From Malacoraja senta (taxonomy: Eukaryota), in NCBI GenBank assembly GCA_038087875.1, contig CM075982.1, forward strand, positions 15,562,001 through 15,626,000: a DNA stretch of 64,000 bases. The letters run 5' to 3'. The position numbers were made by a program, and so were the translations under genes. Below the pieces are notes generated by a model. It saw nothing but the letters and a program-made list of their open reading frames with translations. It searched no databases and was not told the origin of the DNA. Shown here piece by piece: positions 11,601 to 23,700 of the stretch. Position 1 is the first letter of the stretch. The number at the start of each line of letters is the position of its first letter.

Positions 11601-14219
11601 AGAGTTTTTGAAACTTAAAAAAGCACACAGACAATTGCTCAAATTTCATGGCAGTAAGAAAAAGAGGAAAACTGTTTCGATTCGCCAATACAGAAAAGTT
11701 CAGGAAAAACTAAAGGACAGGGAAGAGGATGTGAGACGCCTCAAATTTGACAATCTTGTCCTCAAAGAAACAATCGAAACTCTGGAGGCTGCCAGTATTG
11801 TCAAGTCAAAGGTGGACCAGAAGACTTATTCCTCAACGACAAGGATGCATGTGTTTGACTGTATTGTAAACAAAACTCCTACAGCAAACATTCCAATCCT
11901 GATCCGCCAGTTGCACAAGTGGAGTGGACTTGATCTGGATAGTGATCCTCAACGCAGTGCAGTTGAACTTATGGCCTGAGAATTGGGAGCTGTTGCTGAG
12001 TTATACAGCACAGATGATCCTAGCAACAAATGATTCGACTGTTGGTTTTGATGTAACCGCCCAAGAAGACACCCATATTAACAGTGTACACTTCACCACC
12101 ACAAATTAATGTCTTTCTGCAGCAGTCGATGAATTGGCTGGTGGGACTGCTGAGGACCATGCTCAACATATTTGCGATACTGTTGACAATTTGTGTGAAA
12201 CTTACACTTATTTTAATGAGCAGCGGATTTCCAAGACACCAGGCAAACGATGATAGACAACATTACAAATACACTGAGTGATGGGTGTGCAGCTATTTAT
12301 GCTGCTATTAGGATTGTTAACAGTGAGTGGGGTAAATCTTTGAATGAGCTCTACTGCCATTTGCATCCTCTTGACTCCATCGCAGCGCCAGTTCTCTCAG
12401 CCCTCAAAAAGCACAAACAATCCAGAGGCAAAGTCTTGTTTGGTAAGGACTGTCTAGCAAGAAATGTCATACTGCAGATGAACAAACAAGAATGGAAGGG
12501 GACGCAAAAGGATGTTACATTTTTGGATGAAAGGAACATCCCCCGAGGTGTCCCCCCACGGTACCGTGGCAACCGATTACATATACTTTCCATATTAGTG
12601 GCAAGCTCATAGAACATTATGATGACTTTGTTGCCTTGCTGAATAGTGGAACATCCTGTGGGGGGATTGAGAAGCGCCATCCTCACCCAGGCTGCAGCAA
12701 AAGTAGAACTTCAGATATTGGGCTTACTTGGCAAATATCTGACTCGGCTTTGGATGAAGCCCTTCTACACTTCAAGCCAGAATCAGTTCAACCATGTTGA
12801 TGGCATCAAAGTGGTTAAAGGGGTGATTGCTGCTCTAAAGAAAGCCACACAAAATCCAGAGAACTTGATATTGGCAAGGGAAGATTTCTTCGGGGAGGAG
12901 GTGCATCTTGATGCCATGTTGACAAAACTTCGGGAGCTACCAGTACATCCACAGTTCAGTTCAATGATGAGCAGCTGTCTTCAAGCTGTCATCACTGTGT
13001 TGGAAAGGCAATATAGTAAATACTTTGAACTTGATGTAACTGAGAAACTGAAGGAGGAGACTGCATCAGCAAGATCAAACAACATTGATGTGGAGGAGAT
13101 AATGGGGATGTTTAGCTCATCGAAACTCAAATGTCCCATGTGTTATTTGTCATGTAGAATGCGGGCCTGCAAGAATAGAACAATCAACTTCCTTTATAAT
13201 CTCGAGGAGCAACATAGGGAGGAGGTGCTCTGTAAGGCAATGAAATGGGGGAGAGTGCAGAGGAACAGATGGAAGAAAAAAACAGAAGGAATTGAGAGCA
13301 GAAATCATCAAGCAACAGAAAGATAAGGAGCATGCTCGGGACACGAAAGAGGAAAAAAATAGGGGGAAAAAGAATCTGATTGAGACAGCATTTGCAGAGA
13401 TTATCCGAATTTGGACTACTCCAAATGTGATGATCTACAGGACATACTTAATGGGAAAGTAGTGGGCAGAAAGACATGTCATGCATGGTTTGAAGAGCAA
13501 AAACTTGAAGTTTACAATGCCAACATTGAAGTTGAGGAAAAACAAGGTGTACAGAGTTGCGTATTGGTTGCAGTCTGAGGTTTATGATAATGCTACTGAT
13601 TATGGTATGCCAATGTACCAGCTAGCAGCTGATGTTCTCCATGAAGACTTGGTCTTTTGCTAGAAATTGTAATTTCTTTACCTGTCTGTTACGGATTTAC
13701 AGCATATAATACAATAATATTAAAGTTCTGATCTTGAGAATATCACATTTTTGAATTTTCAAGGCAGTCTGGGTGTTTATTATTATTTCCGTCACAACTG
13801 TTAATTTTGTAATCAGCTACTTAATTTGGTAATTAACTAATTATATACTTTAATTTCAGGTCATCCAAGTAAGATGTATCATATTTGTTTCAGAATGCTT
13901 CCATCTATAATTGAAAAATTAATTCAGTTATCTTAATTTTTAAGAAAGTTATGGGCTTTTATATCAATTGACTCCTCGATCACAGCTTTTGTGTTAAGTT
14001 AATGGAACAGCAATAGGGAACAAGATGCTAATTTCTGAGTATGAAAATGACCATAACTTTTTTAATACTGAAGATATAAAAATGAATTAGGTATCGAATT
14101 AAAATTCTTTTTATGCTTTATCCGATGGGATAAATTACAGGCATGATTTTGAAAAATCTCAAAATTTTGCAACATCCCTACAGATTCGACCCCTGTGGGC
14201 CGGTAGTTTGACACCCCTG
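8629..14219. mobile_element. hAT-Charlie-type element (middle shell of nest 1)
   Basis: Ends cagggccgtgaaact / agtttgacacccctg; TSD ctctagtt / gtctagtt (7/8 match; resembles the Charlie NTCTAGAN target preference). Confidence 0.7.
10765..13663 (+). pseudogene. Degenerate DDE DNA transposase (unassigned family) with N-terminal NLS, coiled-coil-like region and C-terminal spindlin-like domain
   Basis: Frameshifted ORF pieces join into MPPKKKRR..., GFDVTAQE (D, 12050), SDGCAA (D, 12280), CHLH (12355-12366), PRYRGNRLHIL, LGLLGKYLT, NNIDVEEIMGMFS (E, 13093); stop at 13661-13663; likely element right end acatcccta at 14180. Confidence 0.75.
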
Positions 14220-15050
14220 GTCTAGTTTATTTATCACTATTTCACTCGGAATCCCTCGCGACCTCTCGCGGAACCCGAGCGTTCCGGGGAACCGCGGTTG
14301 AGAAACTCTCTAATGCCTTAGTGCAATACTGCCGTACAGCAAAGTTAATCTTCTAACTGGGATCACCTCCACTGTCCCTATTCCCGTAGCTGCAGTTGTG
14401 CATAGCTTCTCATTACAGTTTTCATGCCGTTTAACTCTTCAGCCACTCTCATCCCTAGCTTAGTAATTGCAGTTTTTGATTTGTATTGGATTAATTGAAT
14501 CTTGCCATGCACCTGGTCGTTTCTCTGGTCCATTTATGCCCACTTGATATCTGTATTGGGATTGGTTTATTAGTCTCATGGGTACCAAGATACAGCAAAA
14601 AGCTTTGTTTTGCGATTCATCCAGACAATTCATACCATATGCAGAGCTGCCAAGTAGTACGGATTTTCCTTATTTTGTACGGAAATGCGATAAGAATACT
14701 GATGTATGATTTTGCGTTGTTAAATACGGATTAAAAAAAAATCGGTATTTAACAACGCAAAATTGACCACAGACAATCGTAACAATGAGTCACCGGTGTA
14801 CCAGCCGAGGTGCAGCAGGCAGGTGGGAACATCCGAGATCGGCCTGACTTCCTATTTCATTAACATACCACTCGCCAAGGGAAATGTAATAAACCCGGTG
14901 AATTTGACTTGAGATCTTGCTGCTTAAAAAATGCAAGGATATAAAAAGTCATACTGTACCTCTAAAAATGATAGATTAAATCTATTAGTATTTTAAATTT
15001 CAAGATCTGGATGATTTTTTTTGTAAGCGTTGATCTATTTGGGGTTAAGA

Positions 15051-15052
<2 letters not shown>

Positions 15053-15083
<31 letters not shown>
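15053..15083. repeat. (CT)n microsatellite
   Basis: Direct inspection. Confidence 0.9.
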
Positions 15084-15086
<3 letters not shown>

Positions 15087-15228
15087 TTTTTGTGTCTATC
15101 TTCAATTTCAGAGTTAAATAAAAACACAGTGCTGGAGGAACTCAGCGTTCTAGGCGGCATCTGTGGAGAGAATGGACTAGGAGTTGTTTCAGACCAGGGT
15201 TCTTCTTCAATAGGAAGGAACTGCAAAT

Positions 15229-15701
15229 CAGGCGTGATATTCTTCCTATTTAAATCGGAATTCTGGTTTTTTGTTTTCCTATTTATCAATTTTTTGTTGC
15301 CTAATTATTTGGCGGCCAATCAACCGCTGTCTCTAAGGGGGTTGCATCCAATTACCAACCAGCTTCCCTTACTGAAGCAGAAGATGGCTGCAGCCAACAC
15401 TTTTTCTCTGCTGTTTGCACACAGTGCTAGGCAAAGAGACATTTCAGGTAACATTTTTTGTAACGATTTTTCTAGCTGTATTTCATGAAATATTAATCTT
15501 TTGGGGGTTATTTTACTGGTTATGTGTTAGAAACATTCTACGCTTCTGTTATGTAAACTACCAGCAGAAAGCTTGGGAATCACTTTCAATTTATTGAAAA
15601 TGCTGGAGCCCCCTGAACCCCCACTGGGGGGGGCCTAACCGGCCTCCTGGACCCCCGGCCAATACTTCCTACTATTTTTCTGGAGGTGAATATCATGCCT
15701 G
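15229..15701. mobile_element. hAT-like MITE
   Basis: TIRs caggcgtgatattc / gaatatcatgcctg (1 mismatch). Confidence 0.75.
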
Positions 15702-16041
15702 TAGGAGTTGTTCCGGGCCAGGGTTCTTCTTCAATAGGAAGGAACTGCAGATGCATTTGTCTTTGCAAAACGCCAAATGATTCAGGGAATGCCGAGGTGA
15801 GAGAGAGAGAGAAAGATATATAGAACGAGATATAGAGAGAGCGAGAAAGAACGAGATATAGAGAGATTCCAGCCTCTTAACGTTTCCTCAGGCCATGGGG
15901 AAACGTTGGTACCAAATGACTTTCAATTATAAACTTCTGGACAAATGCAAGAAAGCAGCTATGACATATAATACACAATAAACTATTAGAAATACACAGT
16001 AAACAAGTTATGCATTCTTGTACTCTTACATGGGTATGACC

Positions 16042-17575
16042 CAGGCACGTGCTGTGAGTAATTAGTTAGGGTAGGCAGTCAGTATCTTTGGTCAGTCGGC
16101 ATTAAACAAAAAGCTTGAAAACCGCATGCGCAGATTGTTCTCTCCCCGGTGAGCTATCAGTCGGCTTTTTTAAAAATCTTAAACCGCGCATGTGCAGATT
16201 GTTCTCTCGACTTTTATAAAGTAATTTGTCAGTCGACTTTTATAAAGTGATTTGTCTTCTAAAGTATTTAAACATATAGCTCAAAGAAATTTACTTTGCA
16301 CATTCTATTTGTTGAAATACAACCGTATAGCCACTCTTTCCTGTGGTACCAAGCTGTTTTAAATGTTCTAATTATTTTTGTTTCTTGGTGCTGTTGAAGT
16401 TCTTTAAGTTCTGGCGGTTTGCCATTTTTAATTATTTTGGTGTTTTCCTCATAAGATTGCTTAGAGAAACTCTTAAGATAATCACTATTCATCTTTGAAA
16501 AACCCGCATAGAAACTTGCGCAGCACATGCATGCACCGTGGCAATTTACACTTGCCACGGTGTAAAGGCAGAATTTCAGCTGCCTTTATAGACCGTTGAC
16601 ACTGATGGCTTGAAGCAGCATGGACGGCAAGTGAGTAGCACATACTTCCGCATGTTAAATGTACTGCGGATGAAAGGCACGGGAGAATTATGCCTACCTA
16701 AGAGACCGATCTCTTAGGTAAGCATAATTCTCCCATGCCTTTACTATTTATATTTAATAATTACCATTTTATAATTTTATTCAGGGTAGGCACTGCCTAC
16801 CTTGCCTACCCCAGAACTGCCAAGTAGTACGGATTTTCCGTATTCATACGGAAATGCGATAAGAATAAGGATGTACGGATTTGCTTTGTAAAATACGGAT
16901 TTTTTAAAAATAGTCCTGACTTCCTGTTTCATCTTGTTGCTTAAAATGCAAGGATATAAAAAGTCATACTGTAACTAAAAATTATAGCAGATTAAATCTA
17001 TTAGTATTTTAAATTTCAAGATCTGGATGATTATTTTTGTAAGCTTTGATCTGCTACAGGTTTAAACAGCGCTTTAGCGCGTGGGAATTTAAACGAACCG
17101 CTATGGGTTCTAATTATAGCGCTACCAGCTGGAGCGCTATTGCCTTGACATAGAGCTATGGGTCACAGACTGTTCGGGGAGGGAGAAGGAGAGAGGGAGG
17201 GAGAAAAAAAAGGAGACGGAGGAAGAGAAGGAGAGAGAGGGAGGGAAAGAGGAAGGAGGGAGGTTTCGAAAATGGCTTCTACATCATCATCTGGTGCTAA
17301 AAGCAGGAAGCAGCCGTTCAAACAGAAGTATACAAAGCGATGACAATGAATGCACTTCAAGTAAGGTGCATAGAAGACGTCAATTGGTAGCAAAGTTATG
17401 CATTCTTGTACTCTTACATGGGTATGACCGCACAAAAAAAAAACATTTTTTCCAGCAAAATGTCACAGCGTAAAAATACTGATATCCTCAGCAAAATACT
17501 GATTTTCAGGTACTAGAATACTGAAATGCTCTTGACAAAACTCGGCAGCTCTGCTACCCTGACAGCACAAGTCTG
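16042..17575 (-). mobile_element. hAT element with a TTF-type zinc-finger transposase remnant (middle shell of nest 2)
   Basis: TIRs caggcacgtgctgt / acagcacaagtctg; TSD gtatgacc / gtataacc; minus-strand ORF RTFKTAWYHRKEWLYGC. Confidence 0.75.
16812..17553. mobile_element. Second copy of the 6-bp-TSD family (inner shell of nest 2)
   Basis: TIRs cagaactgccaagt / actcggcagctctg; TSD ctaccc at 16806-16811 and 17554-17559. Confidence 0.85.
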
Positions 17576-18459
17576 GTATAACCGAGCATAAAAAAATAAA
17601 TTAAAAAAATCTGCAAAATGGGATCGTGTATAAGTACTGATTTCCTCAGCAAAATACTGATTTTCAGGTGCTAGAATATTGAAATGCTCTGCATATGTGG
17701 GTATAATTGCACCATGAATTTAGCAGCTTATGCAAAAAAAGAAAGGAAATAAAGTGCAAAATATAATGAAAATAATATACAGCTACAAAGAAAGTGCAGA
17801 TAAATGTATCATGGTAGATTGGGAGATTATGAATACATACATATCTTATGATGGTCTGTTCAAGAGTGATAACAGTGAGGAAGAAAGTTATTATTTTAGT
17901 ACATGGTATGTCCTGTAAGGCTTTTGTACCTTTTGCCCGACTAGAAAGGAGAAAAGACGGAATGGCCAGGGTCTGATCATCCATGTTTATGCTTTGTTGA
18001 GATCCTCATGTCTAAATATGTAATAATCTGGAATATTTAATATTTGTTTGAACCACTGGTTGAGCAGACTGCATTACCAGAATAGTTTGGTGTCCATTTT
18101 GATAACACGAGAAGCCAAAAGTTTGAGTAAAATCAAATAGATTTTTAAAATTTCTAATAGTGGGATTATCCTTTAAAACTGTTACTTTGTATTGTAGTTG
18201 CTTCTTTATTAATGGCCATGGTTCTTTTAGCTGCATCATTAAATGATTAACTCAGACACCACTGCACAGTTTATAAAATCAAATTATGCTGGAACAACCT
18301 GATCAGCTATGTCACACATAATCTCTATTTGCCTGGATTTACCCTTTCAAGATACAGAGTGTGTCTTGTGGGGCAGACTGAGCTTCAAGCATCAAGTTGG
18401 CCTCGGGTGATTCGAAACCTTCAATATATTGCCACTGTTTGTCTTGAGTTTATGTTGTG

Positions 18460-19285
18460 AAACAGAGATCTGGGAGTACAGGTGCATGTTCCCTAAACGT
18501 GGCAAGTCAGGTTGGACATTGTGCCTTCATGGGGAAGAGTATTGTGTACGATATGATAGCGCATAATGCAACTGTACAAGTTCTTGGTCGGAATCGAATT
18601 GGAGCATTCTGTGCGGTTCTCGTTGTACAGCGATAGGAAGTTGGTCATTATGTTGGAAGGGGTGCAGAAGAGATTTACCAGGTTATTACCGGGGCTTGTG
18701 AGTTTGAGTTATGGGGCTGTCCCACTTTACGAGCTAATTCAAGAGTTCTCCCGAGTTTCCCCTGATTCGAACTCGGAGAATTACGGTAATATCCACTCGT
18801 AGGTACTCGGGGCTCTCGTGGACATTTTTCAACATGTTAAAAAATCTTCACGAGCTTACCGTGTTTCCCAAGTACCTGCCGTTAGCGTTATGGGCCGCTA
18901 AGAGACGTTCCGAGCTCCGACGTAGCCGCTACTTACATTCTACGTGCTTACCACAAGTTTGATTTTTTTTTAAACTCGGGAGAGCTCTTGAATTAGCTCA
19001 TACAGTGGGACATCCCCATAATCAGGAGAGTTTGGATAGGATGCAAATGTTTTTCTTTGGCCTGCAGGAGGCTGAGCGGTCGGTTACTATCATAGGGCAT
19101 AGATACATTTTTCCCCTATCTGGATAGTCTTATCTAGAACGGTCCAACAATTTGCTGGAGGAAGCTGTAGAAGTGGGTACAATTACAACTTCAAAAATAG
19201 GAGGATTAATAGTACTTGGGGCCAAATGCAGGACTAGTGCTTTAAGCCAACTTGGACAAGGTGTATAGTTCTGTGACTCTAAATC
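18460..19285 (+). mobile_element. Degenerate CR1 LINE 3' fragment, interrupted by a MITE
   Basis: QLYKFLV..LEHSVRF...LEGVQKRFTRLLPGL. Confidence 0.7.
18712..19018. mobile_element. Palindromic PIF/Harbinger-like MITE
   Basis: Long TIRs ggggctgtcccact..agctaattcaagagttctcccgagttt / aaactcgggagagctcttgaattagct..agtgggacatcccc; flanked by tta / taa. Confidence 0.7.
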
Positions 19286-19789
19286 TCTATTGAAAACTTT
19301 TCAAATAGAGTTGAACAAAAAAGAAAACTTATTAAAATTACAATCTGAATACTACCAAATACTGAAAATAAAGGAAGCTTGATTATGACTCCCTCGTTCT
19401 AGATTCTTCCATAAGAGAAATCAACTTACCAACCTATATCATTTTATGGTCCAATGATCCTTCTGGCTCTTCTATACTTCAGAGCTACTGTGTTATCTTT
19501 CTGTGTAAGGAAATCAAACCTTTCAAATTATCCTGTCAGTGAGCCTTTGTGGAACTGCTTTCAATAAACTTGACATATATCATTTAATAAGAGTACCACT
19601 AAACAGTCCTCCAGATATGGTCAGACCGTTCCCATATATAACTAAAGAAACACAACAATTTTTGTTTCAATTCTCTATGAAATGGGCACTAACATTCCAT
19701 TAACATTCCCAAATACTTGTGATACCTATATACTGGCCTTGAGCAAATCATGAACTAGACCACATGGGGACGTGTATCTCAGCAATTGA

Positions 19790-20612
19790 TCTCCACTAGG
19801 GGCGCCGCATTGATGGCAGCCTCTGCCTACAGTCAGTGTTTTTCAATCTTTTATTTTGAGTGTTTTAAAAGTGATTTGGAGGATTCTTTAGTTTTTCTAT
19901 GTGGTGGAGGGGGGTAGGGTGAGGGGGAAACATTTCCCAGTCACTTCCTGGCGAGAATGCGACTATTCTCCGAGTCGCGTCCTCGCCCCCTCCTCACGGC
20001 CTACCAACTGGATTGGCACGGTCTTTCCTGCCAGGGACCGGACCTAGCTTCAGCGGCGGTGGCGCAGCACGATTCACTGCGGAGCGGGCGGATGCCTACC
20101 TGGGTCGCTATTTGAAGCTCGGGAGTGCTGGGCCTGCTGCTTCAACATCTCGGAGCTGGGGTTTGGAGAGCTCCCAGCGCGGATGGCGCTGACCAACATC
20201 GAGGAGGCCTGGGACCCTTTGCCAAGGGCCGCCAGCGTTGAATCTCCGACCAGCGCGGCTTGTGGATTTCGGGAGCTGCGGACTCTGGTAGGAAGTGGCC
20301 GATTCGGATGTCCAAGCCGTTGAGGTGGTTCTTCTGTTCCGACGTCGGAGTTCCATCATCCCGGCGTGAGGGCCTGAACATCGGGCCACCCGTGGCGGCG
20401 ACTGCGAGGGGTTTGCCCCCCGACCACGGCTGAACAACGGAGGAGGATGACTGAATCCTAGAGCCTTCCCACACAGTGGGAAATTTTGATTCCGCTGTGT
20501 GGGGATGTCTGTGTTAAAGTCTATCGTGTTCGGTGCTCTTTATTATTCGTATGGCTGTATGGTGACAACACATTTCACTGTACCAATTGGTACATGTGAC
20601 AAATGTATCTTG
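19790..20612 (+). mobile_element. GC-rich non-autonomous retroelement (SINE-like) with LINE-type 3' tail
   Basis: GC-rich island ending tttcactgtaccaattggtacatgtgacaa; no credible ORF. Confidence 0.45.
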
Positions 20613-20792
20613 ATTTTATCCACAGGATCAGTGGGCTTATTGAAATGAATAGGATCATTATTACTACACTAGGCATTTCTGGTGTGGGGCAGCCAGTCTT
20701 TCTCTGCAGTATGTGGTACATTGCTGCTGGGCTCGGTAGTGGCTGAATGGGAGGCTAGGTGGCAACTATCATTCAGTTCAGTTTAGCAAATA

Positions 20793-23700
20793 CAGGTACA
20801 CCGCCGATTTTCCGGCAACTGATGGTCCGGCACCTCTTTTAATACGGACAAATTATGAGAGTGCACTTGAAATTCCCGCGACCGCCAGACTGGTTCACTG
20901 GGCATTGCATGTGACGGGCGCTCTTTTGGGACGTGTGCCTCCATCCCGAAAAAGTTAATTGTTTACCTCTGCAATTGTTGGTGGTGATCCCTCGGTGCTG
21001 TGTGATTCTTACCTTATTTTGCTTACATTTAACCCTAGCTATGGCTTCTAAGCGAGGTCCAATTGACAGTTGTGATGTCAAGTGTAAGCATGTTAATATT
21101 GATACAAGACAAGATAGAACTGTTGAACAAACTCGACCATGGTGTTTCCGTGCGGAAACTCTGATGCGTATGATATTGGTTCGTCAACTATTTACGATAT
21201 AAAGAAGATACATAGACAAAATAATTAAATTCTTTGTAGACAGTGATTCCAAGAAGCAGATGAGTAATAGAAAAACTATGAAAGATGGCAAGAGTACTGA
21301 GCATGATCAAGTGATGATTGGAATGGTTTTGACATTGCCGGAGTGAAGGAGTGGACTTGTCGGTAGCACATTAATAAAGCAGGCTAAATTGTTCCATAAA
21401 GAACTTAAATTAGAAAATGAGTGCAACTATAGTGAAGGATGGCTTCAAAGGTTATGGAATTTCCATGCGTAAAGTGTGTGGTGAAAAACTTTCTGTAGAC
21501 CACGAAGGAGCTACAGAGTATGTACAGTAATCAATAAACCCTTTTTGTAGGGGGCACTGCTGAGCAACCTATTGAGTAGGACGTGAGGTAAGTCTCCCGC
21601 AGATTTCGATTAAAACTGTTATTCATCGGCTCTTTTTTGATAATAATTTTGAGGAAAGATACTCCAGTGGATTTTGTGCTGGCTACTTGATGTTTTGGAT
21701 GAGTTATTATGGCTACTAAAAGCACCAGAGCTCGTGGTGCAGCTCAACAACAGGCCTAATTCGCAGGAAGAGACCACGTCTACAGGTACCTCGACCCCGC
21801 CCCATGGCTCTACCCCTCTGAAGGCAGGATCGCAAGTTGTCGACATGGAGGTCCTGAAGCTAGAATTACTAACATCTCTGAGACAGGACATTGCAGATAT
21901 TTTTTAAACCGAACTACGAGCAGCATTGGGGGGTGATTTGTCCACAATTGTAGTCGACCTTCAAGCTGTGAAAACACAACTCGCGAACGATAAGGTTGCT
22001 ACGGACACTGAGTTGGCCATACTCCAAGGTACTGTGGGGATAATGGAGGAGTCACTTTCTGCCTGTATGGATGAGATTGCTGAGCTGAAGATTCAGATCA
22101 AGTGTCTAACTGCTGAGTTTTTTAACTTGGACAAAAAATGTGAGGACCTCGAATGCAGATCGCGCCGCAACAACATAAGAATAGTGGGGGTTCCTGAGGA
22201 GACGGTCGTCAACCCTGCTTAAGGACGCGTTCAAGCTGGACGAAGAGCCACTACTGGACCGGGTGCACAGATCCACACAGCCGAAACCATGACCCGGTGA
22301 GCGACCATGACCCATCATTGCTAGGTTCCATTACTACAATGAAGGTGTAAATGTTTTACGCTGTGCGAGAGAGGCTCGACAGATCGATACTGGTGATATG
22401 AGGATCTCCGTTTTCCCCGACCAGGTGGCCCGGGCAGCCTTCAATGAGGTCAGAAAACAGCTGTGTGGCGTGAAGGAGGTTCGCTATGGTCTTTTCTACC
22501 TGGCCCGACTCCGGATCAGCTACGAAGGTGTGGAGAAAGACTTTGACTTGGCAGAGGATGCCAAGTCTTACGTCAACAAGATGAATATTGGGTGATGTTG
22601 TACGATATGTTGCAATAATGTCATGCATCCACGCCTTTACTTTACATTTAAATACTTGTTCACATTTGATGTTTGTTTACATTTAGACACTTGTTTATTC
22701 CTGTTCGACTTGCATTAGTTCATCTTCTCTGCAATGTTCCTTTTAGACGCAGGGGGAATTTAACTTGTTTAAATTGTTGTGTGATAATACCTTATTTTGC
22801 ACTAGTATTAGGCCCCCAAAATGTATTATGGTATATTGGTCGATATGGGATATTCTATTACACATTTAGGAGTTATTCTGTGGGAGTTATTTCTTAGGGT
22901 TGGCTTAATTTATTCTCTGAGTTGTTGCCACAGTTATGAGGCAACAATTGTTTTCTCGTTTCTTACACTTCTGTTTCCCTTTTGTAGACTTTTTTGGTGT
23001 GTGCGTGTGTATGGGGGTTTGTGTGTGTGTGGGCGGGGGGTGGGGCAGCCATCCTGGCTTTCTTTGGATCCATTTGCTTTCTTCATTTACACATAAATGT
23101 GTTCTGCTAACTTGAATCCCAGCATTCTTGGTTCAGGCACACCTATTCGTTTTCTCACTTGGAACATACGTGGTATGGGCAATCCTATTAAAAGATCCAG
23201 GGTTTTCAGTCACCTGAAACGGCTTAACTCTGACATAGTATTTTTGCAGGAGACTTATCTTAGACTTAAAGATCATCATCGGCTGCAGTCCTCTCGGATA
23301 GGTCAGGTCTACCACTTCAATTTTAATTCTAAAGCTAGAGGGGTTGCTATTTTAATTAATAAAATAATTCTGTTATTGCTGATAAAAATGGTCATTATCT
23401 TATAGTTGCAGGCACATTAATGCAAACAAAGGTGTTGTTAGTAAATGTCTATGCACCTAACTTTGATGCTGAATTCTCTAATAGATTACTTGGTAATATA
23501 CCTCATTTAAATACCCATTTGTTAGTTTTTGGAGGTGATCTGAATTGTGTGTTTGACCCAAAGCTAGATCGTTCTCGTCCCCGCACTTCATCCCAATCAA
23601 CTATGTTTAAATCTTTTTCTGATTTTAGTGGTTTAGTTGACCCTTGGAGACTCGTAACCCCTCAATCAAAAAGTTCTCTTTCTTTTCTCAGGTACATCAA

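Larger units (their letters stand above)
8333..14307. mobile_element. hAT non-autonomous element (outer shell of nest 1)
   Basis: Ends cagcgtttctcaa / ttgagaaact; 8-bp TSD ctctaatg at 8325-8332 and 14308-14315. Confidence 0.7.
14642..17691. mobile_element. CAGAGCTGCCA-TIR DNA transposon with 6-bp TSD (outer shell of nest 2)
   Basis: TSD catatg at 14636-14641 and 17692-17697; right TIR internally deleted at a gctct microhomology; colinear with the copy at 16812-17553. Confidence 0.8.
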
